Shown piece after piece: positions 53,050 to 63,211 of a stretch of DNA of 64,000 nt. The notes under the pieces were generated by a model. That model was not told where the DNA came from. It made no database searches and saw only the letters and a program-made list of their open reading frames with translations. The DNA comes from Deltaproteobacteria bacterium (GTDB lineage: Bacteria > Desulfobacterota > Binatia > UBA1149 > CAYXZP01). The position numbers and the translations under genes are program-made. The stretch is from contig JAYGCL010000074.1 in NCBI GenBank assembly GCA_046583365.1, positions 670 through 64,669 of the forward strand, written 5' to 3'. Within the stretch, counting starts at the first letter, position 1. The number at the start of each line of letters is the position of its first letter.

Positions 53050-54405
53050 ATGCGCTTCCTGCCACACACAGAGCACGACGTAGCGCGCATGCTTGAGACC
53101 GTGGGGGTGAGGTCGGTGGGCGACCTGCTCGCGCACGTTCCCCATTCCCTGCTCGACCGCGCCCATCTGGACCTCCCCGCGGGGTTGGGGGAGATGGAGG
53201 TTTTGCAGGAGATGGCCTCACTGGCCACCGCCAACCGTACCCCGCCTTCTTTTCAGGGGGCCGGGTGCTACCGTCACTTCGTACCGTCGGCGGTGTTGCG
53301 TATGCTTGAGCGTTCCGAGTTCGCTACCGCCTATACACCCTACCAGCCCGAAGTCAGCCAGGGCACACTGCAGGCCACTTTCGAGTTTCAGACCTATGTG
53401 TCGATCCTGACCGGGCTCGATGTGGCCAACGCCAGCCTCTACGACGGTGCCTCGGCTCTGGCCGAGGCCGTTTTGATGGCCCTGAGGATAGCCAAGGGGC
53501 GCGAGAGGGTGTTGATATCGGCCGGCGTACATCCCGAATACCGAGCCGTAGTCGAAACCTATCTTGACGGCTACGGCCGTGGTTGTATTGAGGAGGTCCC
53601 TCTTGGTCCCGACGGCGCTACCGACATGGCTGCGCTTGAGGAGGCCTGCGGCAGCGATGTAGCGGTCGTGTGTACGGGCTACCCGAACGTTTACGGGGTG
53701 ATCGACGATCTGACGGCGGCCTCGCGTCTGGCCCACGCCAATGGTGCCCTGTCGGTGAGTGTTACGGCCGAGTCTCTGGCCCTGGCCCTGCTGCAGTCGC
53801 CAGGGAAGTCGGGCGCCGACATTGCGGTGGCCGAAGGGCAAAGCCTCGGGCTGCCCCTTTCCTACGGTGGGCCGGGAGTGGGGTTGTTTGCCGCCAGCCA
53901 GGAGTACCTGCGGCAGATGCCGGGCCGTTTGGTGGGGGAGACCGTCGATGGCCAGGGGCGTCGGGGCTATGTACTGACCCTGTCGACCCGCGAGCAACAC
54001 ATCAGAAGGGAGAAGGCCACCTCTAATATCTGTACCAACCAGGGGTTGGCCACGCTTGCCATTACGGTGTTCCTCTCTCTGGCCGGGCGGCGGGGGTTAA
54101 GAGAACTGGCTTTGCTCAACGCCTCTCGCGCCCACCAGGTGGCCCAGCGTCTGGACCGCGAGGCAGGCCGGGCAACGGTGTTTGACGCTCCGTTCTTCAA
54201 CGAGTTTGTGATCGACGAGCCCCTTGATCCGGGCTGGTGGCAGCGGGCCCTTGATGCCGGTGTCATTCCTGGCGTGAGGCTTGGAGAGTTGATCCCCGGG
54301 TGTACACACTCGCGTGGTCGTTTGTTGGTTACCGTAACCGAGTGCTGCAGTGACGCCGACATCGACACTCTGGTTGGCCAACTGTCGGGGCAGGCGGCGG
54401 CATGA
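53050..54405 (+). CDS. gcvPA: Glycine dehydrogenase (decarboxylating) subunit 1
   Basis: MRFLPHTEHDVARMLE N-terminus. Split P-protein N-terminal half. Confidence 0.9.
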   Translation: MRFLPHTEHDVARMLETVGVRSVGDLLAHVPHSLLDRAHLDLPAGLGEMEVLQEMASLATANRTPPSFQGAGCYRHFVPSAVLRMLERSEFATAYTPYQPEVSQGTLQATFEFQTYVSILTGLDVANASLYDGASALAEAVLMALRIAKGRERVLISAGVHPEYRAVVETYLDGYGRGCIEEVPLGPDGATDMAALEEACGSDVAVVCTGYPNVYGVIDDLTAASRLAHANGALSVSVTAESLALALLQSPGKSGADIAVAEGQSLGLPLSYGGPGVGLFAASQEYLRQMPGRLVGETVDGQGRRGYVLTLSTREQHIRREKATSNICTNQGLATLAITVFLSLAGRRGLRELALLNASRAHQVAQRLDREAGRATVFDAPFFNEFVIDEPLDPGWWQRALDAGVIPGVRLGELIPGCTHSRGRLLVTVTECCSDADIDTLVGQLSGQAAA

Positions 54406-55850
54406 GGCAGTCAATGGAAGCGCCGATTTTCGAAAAGGGCAGCCCTGGCAGGGCGGGCCTGGACGTCGGGGCTCCGGGCGGAGTTGGGGCTGTGGGCATC
54501 GATGCGGCACTTTTTCGCGATGATCTTGGAGGCATGCCCGAGGTCAGCGAACCCGAGGTGGTCAGGCACTACACGCGTCTTTCTCAGCTGAACTTTTCGG
54601 CCGCCACCAACTTCTATCCCCTCGGGTCATGTACGATGAAGTACAATCCGGTGGCCAACGATGTGGCGGCCTCGCTGCCGGGTTTTTCCTCCATCCACCC
54701 CTACGCACCGGTCGAGACCGTTCAGGGTGCTTTGAGGTTGATGAAAAACCTGGAGCACTGGCTGGCCGAAATATCCGGTCTGGCTGCGGTGTCGTTGCAA
54801 CCCGCAGCCGGTGCTCAGGGCGAACTGACCGGCATGAAGGTGATCCGGGCCTGGCACCAGGCCCGCGGCAATGCCAAACGCAAGGTGCTCATTCCCTCCA
54901 GTGCCCACGGTACCAACCCGGCCAGTGCTCATCTTTGCGGTTACGACTGTGTAGTGGTGCCCTGTGACGAGCGCGGTCTGATGACGGCTGAAGCCGTACG
55001 CGGACTCGTCGACAACGAGGTCGCCGCGCTGATGGTGACCAACCCCAATACTCTGGGCCTGTTTGAGGTGGAGATTGAAGCCATCGCCGCCGCCGTCCAC
55101 GACGCCGGCGGGCTGGTCTATATGGATGGTGCCAACATGAATGCTCTGATGGGCGTGGCAAAGCCCGGACACATGGGCGCCGACGTCTTGCATTTCAATC
55201 TGCACAAGACTTTTTCGACCCCCCACGGGGGAGGTGGTCCGGGGGCCGGTCCGGTGGCCGTACGCGGAGACCTCGAGGAGTTTCTGCCCTTCCCGCGTAT
55301 CAAAGAGGGGGGGGGAGAGTTGGCCTGGGACTTTACCCGCCCCGCTTCAGTGGGGCGGGTACGTTCGTTTTACGGTAACTTCGGTATCCTGGTGCGTGCC
55401 TATGCCTATATGCTCGCCTGCGGGGGGGACGGTCTTGAGCGTTCCACCGCCATGGCGATACTGGCCGCCAACTACTTGCGGGCCCGTCTGGCCGGGCCCT
55501 ACCACCTGCCCTTCGACGAGCCTTCCATGCACGAGGTTGTGTTGACCGACAAGGTGCAGAATCAGCACGGTGTAAAGACCTTGGACATTGCCAAGCGTCT
55601 CCTCGACTATGGCTTCCACGCGCCCACCATCTACTTTCCCCTGGTTGTTGCCGGGGCCCTGATGATAGAGCCCACAGAGACAGAGAGCCTGTCGACCCTG
55701 GACAGTTTTGCCGAGGGCATGCTGGCCATTGCCGACGAAGCCGCATCCGACCCTGACCGGGTGCTGTCGGCACCGAGCGAGACGGTGGTGAGCCGTCTGG
55801 ACGAGACCCGCGCGGCCCGCCGCCCTGTGTTGCGCTGGTACCCCGATTAG
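54402..55850 (+). CDS. gcvPB: Glycine dehydrogenase (decarboxylating) subunit 2
   Basis: PLP-lysine region NLHKTFSTPHGGGGPG. ATGA overlap with gcvPA. Confidence 0.9.
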   Translation: MRQSMEAPIFEKGSPGRAGLDVGAPGGVGAVGIDAALFRDDLGGMPEVSEPEVVRHYTRLSQLNFSAATNFYPLGSCTMKYNPVANDVAASLPGFSSIHPYAPVETVQGALRLMKNLEHWLAEISGLAAVSLQPAAGAQGELTGMKVIRAWHQARGNAKRKVLIPSSAHGTNPASAHLCGYDCVVVPCDERGLMTAEAVRGLVDNEVAALMVTNPNTLGLFEVEIEAIAAAVHDAGGLVYMDGANMNALMGVAKPGHMGADVLHFNLHKTFSTPHGGGGPGAGPVAVRGDLEEFLPFPRIKEGGGELAWDFTRPASVGRVRSFYGNFGILVRAYAYMLACGGDGLERSTAMAILAANYLRARLAGPYHLPFDEPSMHEVVLTDKVQNQHGVKTLDIAKRLLDYGFHAPTIYFPLVVAGALMIEPTETESLSTLDSFAEGMLAIADEAASDPDRVLSAPSETVVSRLDETRAARRPVLRWYPD

Positions 55851-55907
55851 AGTGGCCGGTTGGCCGCCGGTCGGGCTTTCGACTACTATGGGCGACGGGG
55901 GATTTTT

Positions 55908-56123
55908 ATGTTCGGACTAGGTGTAACCGAGCTCATCATCATTCTGGTCATCGTTCTGATCATGTTCGGGGCCGGCAAGCTGCCCGAGATCGGCGAGGGG
56001 TTGGGCAAGGGCATTCGTAATTTTCGCCGTGCCACAAAAACTCCCGACGAGATCGACGTCACTCCCGGTCAAGAAAGCTCCGGGGAGGATGATCGGGAAG
56101 AGGCTCCACCGAAGCAATCCTGA
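55908..56123 (+). CDS. tatA: Twin-arginine translocase TatA/E subunit
   Basis: [51 protein letters not shown] 4 nt upstream of ATG 55908. Confidence 0.8.
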   Translation: MFGLGVTELIIILVIVLIMFGAGKLPEIGEGLGKGIRNFRRATKTPDEIDVTPGQESSGEDDREEAPPKQS

Positions 56124-56703
56124 GAGAGACCTCGTCGATTTCCTCGCGTGGCCTTACGAAGGTTACCTGACACCGCACCGAGTCGCCGGGTCGGAGGATT
56201 GTGGGAGAGGGATTGTCGAGTGAGCCTAGAACCTTTACGGCTTCCTTGGGAAGCCGCTCCAGTAATGTGCGTGAGATTGCCTTGCCGCAGGGGGTTGATG
56301 CCCTGTTGACCATGGCGCCGCTTGAGAAAGTCGTTGCCTCGACTATTACATCTCCTCGTACCGTGATGAGGGATTCGTTGATGACAACGGTTTCAGCCAC
56401 TACTGCCCGTGTGCGGTCTTTCAGATGGACCACCCATGCGGAGCTGTTGGTCATACGCAGTTGTCCGTTGAGGGATGGGTCAGCGGCAAGGCTCGAGGCC
56501 GGGCCCGGTCCCGGCAGGCCTGCCATCAGACGGTCGGTCCATGCGTGGTTGCGAACCATGAACAGGGCCAGTAGCGAGAAGGATGTAAGCAGGGCCAGCA
56601 GCAACACCACGGCGGTCGGCAACAGCAAGGCCTTTTGTTGTTTGGGCACTACGGTGTTGGATCGTTGCGGCATGGGCGTGGGCAGGGATAAGTTTAAGGC
56701 CAT
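56059..56703 (-). CDS. Hypothetical membrane-anchored protein
   Basis: TM segment [26 protein letters not shown] followed by a beta-rich soluble domain. It overlaps the tatA 3' end by 65 nt (convergent); the alternative plus-strand ORF is Arg/Ser-rich junk. Confidence 0.4.
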   Translation of the reverse strand: MALNLSLPTPMPQRSNTVVPKQQKALLLPTAVVLLLALLTSFSLLALFMVRNHAWTDRLMAGLPGPGPASSLAADPSLNGQLRMTNSSAWVVHLKDRTRAVVAETVVINESLITVRGDVIVEATTFSSGAMVNRASTPCGKAISRTLLERLPKEAVKVLGSLDNPSPTILRPGDSVRCQVTFVRPREEIDEVSLRIASVEPLPDHPPRSFLDRE

Positions 56704-56712
56704 GGGGGCACG

Positions 56713-57501
56713 ATGACAACGATCGGGCTGCATTGTGAGGGCGATCTTGAGCTGAGCCTGGTGGTGCCGGCCTTCAACGAGGCCGGTGATATAGCCGGGG
56801 TGTTAGGCTCGGCGGCGGCTTATCTGGAAGGGGCGGGCATAGACTACGAGATAAACGTCGTCGATGATGGCAGCCGTGATGGCACCGCAGGGGTGCTCGG
56901 CCGCGTGAGCGAGAAGAATCCACGGGTGAGGGTTGTGACCCACCAACGCAATCGGGGTTACGGTGCGGCCTTGCGCAGCGGCATTGCCGTGGCACGTGGG
57001 AAACGAATTCTGGTGAGCGATGGCGACGGCCAGTTCGATATCAGTAACATGGCTGCCCTGTGGGCCCGGCGCGACGAGGCCGACATGATAATCGGCTACC
57101 GCCGCCGCCGTCGCGACCCCATCCTCCGCAGGGTCGCGGGTTGGTTGTACAGTCGAGTGGTAATTCCGTGTCTCCTGGGTGGTCGCTACAGGGACGTTAA
57201 TTGCGGCTTCAAACTCATATCACGGCGTGTCCTTGCCGGTATGGAACTCACTTCGAATGGGGCCCTGATAAGCGCCGAACTCTTGACCCGGGCACGCATG
57301 GAAGGGGCTAGTGTTGTCGAAGTCGGGGTTGACCACAGGCCCCGCCGCCACGGCCGTGGCAGTGGTCTTTTACCCCGGGTTGTCTTTACCATGCTCCGTG
57401 AACTAGCGGTTTTTCGTCTGCGCGCCGTTGCGCAAGTGGCCGCAAACCGGCAGGCAAGCTTGCCCCATGGCTCCGATACGGTAAAATCGCGGGCTTCCTG
57501 A
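56713..57501 (+). CDS. Family 2 glycosyltransferase (dolichyl-phosphate mannose synthase-like)
   Basis: LSLVVPAFNEAGDI...VVDDGSRDGT...GKRILVSDGDGQFD (DxD) are GT2 motifs. Confidence 0.8.
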   Translation: MTTIGLHCEGDLELSLVVPAFNEAGDIAGVLGSAAAYLEGAGIDYEINVVDDGSRDGTAGVLGRVSEKNPRVRVVTHQRNRGYGAALRSGIAVARGKRILVSDGDGQFDISNMAALWARRDEADMIIGYRRRRRDPILRRVAGWLYSRVVIPCLLGGRYRDVNCGFKLISRRVLAGMELTSNGALISAELLTRARMEGASVVEVGVDHRPRRHGRGSGLLPRVVFTMLRELAVFRLRAVAQVAANRQASLPHGSDTVKSRAS

Positions 57502-57503
57502 TT

Positions 57504-57590
57504 GCGAAAGTGGCGGAATTGGCAGACGCGCTAGACTCAGAATCTAGTGGCCGAAAGGTCGTGGGGGTTCAAGTCCCCCCTTTCGCACCA
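57504..57590 (+). tRNA. tRNA-Leu (CAG)
   Basis: Type II tRNA read by hand: acceptor GCGAAAG/CTTTCGC, anticodon stem CTAGA/TCTAG with loop CTCAGAA, long variable arm, T-arm GGGGG-TTCAAGT-CCCCC, encoded CCA. Confidence 0.85.
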
Positions 57591-57630
57591 TAAAACCCGG
57601 CGGCAGGTCCCCGGCAAGGTTTTTTCCAGG

Positions 57631-58116
57631 GTGAGTATAGACCGAGACAGTTTCCGTTCGATTCTCGGCAATTTTGCGACCGGCGTGACGGTGATCACCA
57701 CAAAAGTGGAAGATCGCCTGCACGGATTTACCGCTAATGCCGTAACCTCGCTCTCGCTTGACCCCTTGCTCCTGCTGGTCTGTGTGGACAAGACCGCCAA
57801 TGCCCATGCCGAAATAGAAAAGGCCGGCAGTTTTGGAGTCAACATCCTGGCCCACGACCAGCGGGATATATCCCGACTGTTCGCCGAAAAGGGGCAACCC
57901 GAGAGTGGTCGTTTACGCGGCGACACTCCCTATGCCCTGGGCGACCACGGCGCTCCGCTTATCGACGGCTGTCTTGGGACCCTGGAGTGTGAGGTGGCCG
58001 GGGCCGTGGAGGGTGGTGACCACACTATCTTCATAGGCCGGGTGGTCGGCGGTTCGGCAGACTCCCAGCGTCCTCCGTTGCTGTTTTTCCGGGGCACCTA
58101 CGCCGAGTTGGCCTAG
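57631..58116 (+). CDS. Flavin reductase (FMN-binding split-barrel, HpaC-like)
   Basis: FRSILGNFATGVTVITT...GFTANAVTSLSLDPLLLLVCV is the flavin-reductase-like domain. Start trimmed past the tRNA to GTG 57631 (VSIDRD...). Confidence 0.75.
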   Translation: MSIDRDSFRSILGNFATGVTVITTKVEDRLHGFTANAVTSLSLDPLLLLVCVDKTANAHAEIEKAGSFGVNILAHDQRDISRLFAEKGQPESGRLRGDTPYALGDHGAPLIDGCLGTLECEVAGAVEGGDHTIFIGRVVGGSADSQRPPLLFFRGTYAELA

Positions 58117-58120
58117 GCGG

Positions 58121-58594
58121 TCAGCCCAGGCTGTCGAAAGCCTCGACCACGTCCGTCGGGGCCTGCACGAGTTCTATCAGTACGCCCTCGCCACCGATGG
58201 GGGATTCGTCGTTGCCCTTTGGGTGGATGAAGCAAACGTCGAAACCCGCCGCCCCTTTGCGGATACCGCCGGGAGTAAAGCGCATGCCGGCTTGAGAGAG
58301 CCACTCCACGGCCGCCGCCAGGTCGTCTATCCACAGGCCCACATGGTTTAAGGCGGGTTCGTGTACCCGCGGACGCTTGTCGGGGTCGATGGGCTGCATG
58401 AGGTCGACCTCCACCTTCAGGGGGCCGCTGCCGACCGTGGCGATATCTTCGTCCACGTTTTCGCTCTCGCTTTGAAAATCGCCGCTGAGGGTGAGGCCGA
58501 GGGTATCAACCCAGAGCCGGCGTAGCTTTTGTTTGTCCAGGCCCCCCACGGCTATCTGCTGGATCCCGAGTACGCGAAAAGGTCTGTCCCCCAC
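58121..58594 (-). CDS. VOC (glyoxalase/bleomycin-resistance/dioxygenase) family protein
   Basis: Two beta-alpha-beta-beta-beta modules ([11 protein letters not shown]...; [11 protein letters not shown]). GTG start with perfect AAGGAG RBS 6 nt upstream. Confidence 0.75.
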   Translation of the reverse strand: MGDRPFRVLGIQQIAVGGLDKQKLRRLWVDTLGLTLSGDFQSESENVDEDIATVGSGPLKVEVDLMQPIDPDKRPRVHEPALNHVGLWIDDLAAAVEWLSQAGMRFTPGGIRKGAAGFDVCFIHPKGNDESPIGGEGVLIELVQAPTDVVEAFDSLG

Positions 58595-58722
58595 TTTAAA
58601 CTCCTTGTTTGCTGCGCTGTTGCCGCCCGTGCGACGCCCGGCGACTTTAGACCCAAGGGCGCGATGCCTCAAGCCGGGGGCGACTTTTCACGGCACAGCG
58701 GCGTGTTATAGTCGGCCTCTCC

Positions 58723-61356
58723 GTGGCCGCATACGATCCTAAAAGCTTCGAAGAAAAGTGGTACCGGCTCTGGGATGAGGCCGGCGAGTTCTCCCCCCGC
58801 CCCTGCGAGGAGGGAGAAACGCAGTTTTCCATGGTCATCCCTCCGCCCAATGTGACGGGTTCCCTGCACATGGGCCATGCGCTCAACACCACAGTTCAGG
58901 ACATCCTTGCACGTTACCACCGCATGCAGGGCCACCCTACGCTGTGGCTGCCGGGAACCGACCACGCGGGCATCGCCACCCAGAACGTTGTTGAACGACA
59001 ACTCCTTGAGGCTGGGCAGCGCCGTGAGGAACTTGGACGCGAAGCCTTTGTGGCCAGGACCTGGCGTTGGAAAGAGGAATCGGGCGGCAAGATAACAGAA
59101 CAGTTGCGACGTCTCGGGGTGTCGTGTGACTGGAGCCGCGAGCGTTTCACCCTCGACGAGGGTCTGTCGCGGGCCGTGCGGGAAGTGTTTGTGCGGCTTT
59201 ACGAAGAGGGGCTGATTCATCGTGACCGTTATCTCATCAACTGGTGTCCACGTTGTTGCACCGCGCTTTCCGACATCGAGGTCGAGCACGAAGACCGCGC
59301 CGGTCACTTATGGCACCTGCGCTACCCGCTCGAGGACGGCAGTGGTTACCTTTCGGTGGCCACCACTCGCCCCGAGACCATGCTCGGCGACACCGCCGTG
59401 GCCGTGCATCCCGACGACCAACGCTATGCCGGCCTCGTCGGCAAGAACGTTGTGTTGCCCATCATAGGCAGGCTTTTGCCGGTAGTGGCCGATTCCCACG
59501 TCGACCGGGAGTTCGGCTCGGGGGCTGTCAAGATAACTCCCGGCCATGACCCCAACGATTACGAACTCGGTCTGCGCCACAAACTGGAGATGATTTCGGT
59601 TATGAACGAGGACGGCACTATGTCGGATGAGGCCGGTGAGTTTGCCGGCCTGAGTATCCAGCAGTGCCGCACGACTCTGGTCGAACGTTTTGAGAGTGAT
59701 GGTACGCTCGAGAAGGTTGAAGACCACAACCACTCGGTGGGTACCTGCTACCGATGCCACGAAACAGTCGAGCCCCTGCTTTCCCTGCAGTGGTTTGTGG
59801 AGGTGCGTGGCCTTGCCGACCAGACTCTGGCGGCCATCGAGGATGGCCGCACCCGTTTTGTGCCGCCGCACTGGGAGAAGACCTACCGGGCCTGGATGGA
59901 AAACATCCGTCCCTGGTGCATATCGCGACAGCTGTGGTGGGGGCACAGAATTCCGGCCTGGTATTGTGAGGCCTGTTCCAGTACCTGCGTTGCCCGCCAG
60001 GACCCGGACAGTTGCCCTCAGTGCGGGGGGCCGTTGGTGCAGGACCCCGACGTTCTGGATACCTGGTTTTCTTCGGCACTGTGGCCTTTTTCGACCCTGG
60101 GCTGGCCCGATGAGACCCCCGACCTGTCGAGGTTCTATCCCACCAGTGTCCTGGTCACCGGTTTCGACATCATCTTCTTCTGGGTGGCCCGCATGATGAT
60201 GATGGGGCTGAAGTTTATGGACGAGGTGCCGTTCCGCGATGTTTACATTCACGCCCTGGTTCGCGACGAGCAGGGTCGCAAGATGTCTAAATCAAAGGGC
60301 AATGTTATAGACCCACTCGACATTATAGATGAGTATGGAGCCGATGCCTTGCGTTTCACCCTGGCCGCCTCTGCTGCCATGGGCCGGGACGTGCGCCTTT
60401 CCGAGGACCGCATCGGCGGTTACCGTAACTTCATCAACAAACTGTGGAATGCCGCTCGCTTCGTGGAACTGAAGCGCGACGGCGAGCAAACTTCCTGCGC
60501 AATGCCCGTCGAGTTGCTGCTTCCCGCCAACCGCTGGATTCGCTCACGTCTGGGCGCAGTCATAGACGACGTGCGTGAAGCGTTGGACTCGTACCGATTT
60601 AACGACGCGGCTTCGCGCCTCTACCAGTTTACCTGGCACGAGTTCTGCGACTGGTACATCGAAATATCCAAGGTCTACCTGGAGGGCGAGCACGCCCGCG
60701 AAACCCGCCGCACACTGAACGCGGTTCTAGAGACCTTGCTGCGTCTGCTCCACCCGCTGGTCCCCTTTGTGACCGAAGAACTCTGGCAGTCCCTGCCCAC
60801 CGAAGGCCGCCAGTCGTGCAGCAGCATAATGACATCGAACTACCCGCAGGCACCGGCCGAATGGCGCGACCCGGAGATCGACCGGGATTTTGGTGTACTC
60901 GTAGAGACCGTGCGTGGGGTAAGAAACATCAGGGCTGAGATGAACATCGCTCCCAAAGTAGAACTTGAGGTATACCTTGGCCCCGGCCAGGCGGCGTCCG
61001 TAGTAGGACGCAACGAGGCTCTGGTACGCCGCTTGGCCCGGCTGTCTTCGGTTGCTTATAGTGTGCCTGTGCCCGATGGTTGCGCCACGACGGTGGCCGC
61101 CGAGACCGAGGTCTCGGTTGCGGTTGCCGGCCATGTAGACCTGGCGGCCGAAGTGGTGAGGCTCAATCGTGAACTCGAACGTATCAACAAGGAATTGACG
61201 CGTCTCGACGGCAAACTGGCAAACCAGAAGTTCCTGCAACGGGCTCCGGCCGAAGTCGTTGAGCAGGAAAGGGGACGCCGTGCGGCGGCCTGCGCGGAGC
61301 ACGAGACGCTGAGTCGCAGTCTGAAGAGGGTAGAGGCCATGGGGGGTGCAAGCTGA
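58723..61356 (+). CDS. valS: Valine--tRNA ligase
   Basis: PPNVTGSLHMGH (HIGH), KMSKS, and a C-terminal coiled coil. Confidence 0.95.
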   Translation: MAAYDPKSFEEKWYRLWDEAGEFSPRPCEEGETQFSMVIPPPNVTGSLHMGHALNTTVQDILARYHRMQGHPTLWLPGTDHAGIATQNVVERQLLEAGQRREELGREAFVARTWRWKEESGGKITEQLRRLGVSCDWSRERFTLDEGLSRAVREVFVRLYEEGLIHRDRYLINWCPRCCTALSDIEVEHEDRAGHLWHLRYPLEDGSGYLSVATTRPETMLGDTAVAVHPDDQRYAGLVGKNVVLPIIGRLLPVVADSHVDREFGSGAVKITPGHDPNDYELGLRHKLEMISVMNEDGTMSDEAGEFAGLSIQQCRTTLVERFESDGTLEKVEDHNHSVGTCYRCHETVEPLLSLQWFVEVRGLADQTLAAIEDGRTRFVPPHWEKTYRAWMENIRPWCISRQLWWGHRIPAWYCEACSSTCVARQDPDSCPQCGGPLVQDPDVLDTWFSSALWPFSTLGWPDETPDLSRFYPTSVLVTGFDIIFFWVARMMMMGLKFMDEVPFRDVYIHALVRDEQGRKMSKSKGNVIDPLDIIDEYGADALRFTLAASAAMGRDVRLSEDRIGGYRNFINKLWNAARFVELKRDGEQTSCAMPVELLLPANRWIRSRLGAVIDDVREALDSYRFNDAASRLYQFTWHEFCDWYIEISKVYLEGEHARETRRTLNAVLETLLRLLHPLVPFVTEELWQSLPTEGRQSCSSIMTSNYPQAPAEWRDPEIDRDFGVLVETVRGVRNIRAEMNIAPKVELEVYLGPGQAASVVGRNEALVRRLARLSSVAYSVPVPDGCATTVAAETEVSVAVAGHVDLAAEVVRLNRELERINKELTRLDGKLANQKFLQRAPAEVVEQERGRRAAACAEHETLSRSLKRVEAMGGAS

Positions 61357-61397
61357 GACTTATCTGCCCGTCCAACGACCCCGCCGTTGTCGCCCTG

Positions 61398-62234
61398 TTG
61401 GCTGTCAGTCTGCAGGAGGACCTCGGCGACGGTGACATTACCACTCTGGCCACAGTGTCCGCCGGTCTCAAGGCCACGGCCCGGGTGGTGGCAAGGGAAG
61501 ACCTGGTGGTGGCCGGCCTGGCGTTGTTTGAAGCTCTGGCCGCGGCCATGACGGCCAGAGGCAAAGACGGGGAGGAAGCCGCTTCGCTTTGTTTTATTAA
61601 AGGGCTGGCCGATGGTGACCGGGCGGCCTGTGGTGAGACGGTTTGTATGCTGGGCGGAAGTGCCCGTGCCCTGCTCGCCCTCGAGCGCACTTTCTTGAAC
61701 TACCTTGGCCGCCTTTCCGGCATCGCCACCATGACCTCGACCTATGTCGGGGCAGCCGGCGACTGGAGTGGCCGCATTCTCGACACCAGAAAGACCACAC
61801 CGGGCCATCGCGTACTGGAAAAGTGGGCGGTAAGTCTTGGTGGTGGCAGTAACCACAGGCAGGGTCTTTTCGATGCCATGCTCATAAAGGACAACCACAT
61901 CGCTGCGGCCGGTTCGGTACGAGAGGCTGTGGTCCAAGCTCTGGCCAAGGTTCCCGAGGGCGTTGGCGTCGAGTGCGAGTGTGACAACCTGGACCAGCTC
62001 GAAGATGCGCTTGGGGCGGGTGCCACCTCGGTTTTGCTCGACAATTTTTCGCCATCGGCGGTTGCCGAAGCGGTCAAGGCGGTTGCCGGACGTGCGCGGG
62101 TGGAGGTCTCCGGTGGTATAACCCTCGACAACGTCGGTGAGTACGCGCGTACAGGGGTCGATGATATATCCGTCGGACGGCTGACCCATTCAGCAACAGC
62201 CGTGGATTTGTCCATGCAATTGGAGTTGGAATGA
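61398..62234 (+). CDS. nadC: Nicotinate-nucleotide pyrophosphorylase (quinolinate phosphoribosyltransferase)
   Basis: QEDLGDGDITT...LDTRKTTPGHRVLEKWAV...LDNF match NadC blocks. First canonical start is TTG 61398; the conserved N-terminal helix appears to be encoded further upstream (see findings). Confidence 0.85.
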   Translation: MAVSLQEDLGDGDITTLATVSAGLKATARVVAREDLVVAGLALFEALAAAMTARGKDGEEAASLCFIKGLADGDRAACGETVCMLGGSARALLALERTFLNYLGRLSGIATMTSTYVGAAGDWSGRILDTRKTTPGHRVLEKWAVSLGGGSNHRQGLFDAMLIKDNHIAAAGSVREAVVQALAKVPEGVGVECECDNLDQLEDALGAGATSVLLDNFSPSAVAEAVKAVAGRARVEVSGGITLDNVGEYARTGVDDISVGRLTHSATAVDLSMQLELE

Positions 62235-63211
62235 ATACCCGTGGCCGCATACTGGAAGCACTGGAAGGCCGGGGGGGCTTTGTTTCCGGTGCCGGTCTGG
62301 CCGCCGGCCTGGGTATTTCAAGAGCGGCGGTGTGGAAACAAATAGACAGGCTCAAGGACGAAGGTTATGCCATAGAGGGTGTCCGTTCGCGGGGCTACCG
62401 TCTGCTCTCTCGCCCCGACTCCATCAACGACCACGAGATTTCCCGGCGCTTGACCACTGCCGTGCTCGGACGGCGGTTGTTGTGTCTGTCCCGGACCGGG
62501 TCCACCAATACCGATGCGGCAGCCCTGGGACGCGAAGGTGCGGTCGAGGGTACCGTAGTGCTGGCCAACGAACAGACGGCAGGGCGTGGACGCCTCGGAC
62601 GACAGTGGTTGTCGGTGGCCGGAGTCAACCTTTACATGTCGGTGCTGTTGCGTCCCCCCATAGTACCGGCCCAGGCCCCCCAGCTTTCCCTGTTGGCGGG
62701 AGTGGCGGTGGCCGCCGCGCTTGAGGCCGAAGGCGTGGATACGCGCATCAAGTGGCCCAACGATGTATTGGTGGGTTCCAGAAAAATCTGCGGTGTACTG
62801 ACTGAAATTGAGGCCGAGGCCGACCACGTGGGGTTTGTGGTGGTGGGCATGGGCATTAACGTCAATAGTCTTGATAAACATTTCCCCGATGAACTGAAGC
62901 CCATTGCCACCTCCATACTCATGGAAAGTGGCCGCGCGAGTTCTCGTGCGGCGTTGGCGGCCCGTGTGTTGGGTGAGATGGAAACCCGCTATCAGGATTT
63001 TTGCCGCAACGGCTTGGCAGCGGTGGCCGCGGAGTGGACGCAACGGTCTTGCCTGTCGGGCAAGGAGGTAAGGGTGAACGGTCCCAACGGTGAGATTGTC
63101 GGGATTTGTGCCGGGATTGACAGCGACGGGGCTCTTTTGGTCAAACAGGAGGGCGGTGGTACCGCGCAGAGGATTCTGGCTGGAGACGTGACCATGAGGG
63201 GAGGAGTTTGA
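62231..63211 (+). CDS. birA: Bifunctional biotin--[acetyl-CoA-carboxylase] ligase / biotin operon repressor
   Basis: N-terminal HTH (SGAGLAAGLGISRAAVWKQIDRLKDEGY), GRGRLGRQW biotin-binding loop, C-terminal SH3-like. ATGA overlap with nadC. Confidence 0.9.
   Translation: MNTRGRILEALEGRGGFVSGAGLAAGLGISRAAVWKQIDRLKDEGYAIEGVRSRGYRLLSRPDSINDHEISRRLTTAVLGRRLLCLSRTGSTNTDAAALGREGAVEGTVVLANEQTAGRGRLGRQWLSVAGVNLYMSVLLRPPIVPAQAPQLSLLAGVAVAAALEAEGVDTRIKWPNDVLVGSRKICGVLTEIEAEADHVGFVVVGMGINVNSLDKHFPDELKPIATSILMESGRASSRAALAARVLGEMETRYQDFCRNGLAAVAAEWTQRSCLSGKEVRVNGPNGEIVGICAGIDSDGALLVKQEGGGTAQRILAGDVTMRGGV

Noticed and set aside
56201-56716. Plus-strand 171-aa ORF between tatA and the GT2 gene
   Set aside because: It has Arg/Ser-rich composition without motifs. 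The overlapping minus-strand ORF has a TM helix and a protein-like soluble domain.
36025-57590. Mobile element or genomic island associated with the two tRNA genes
   Set aside because: No integrase, transposase, direct repeat of a tRNA 3' end, or compositional shift was seen near either tRNA. The flanking genes are ordinary metabolic and housekeeping genes.
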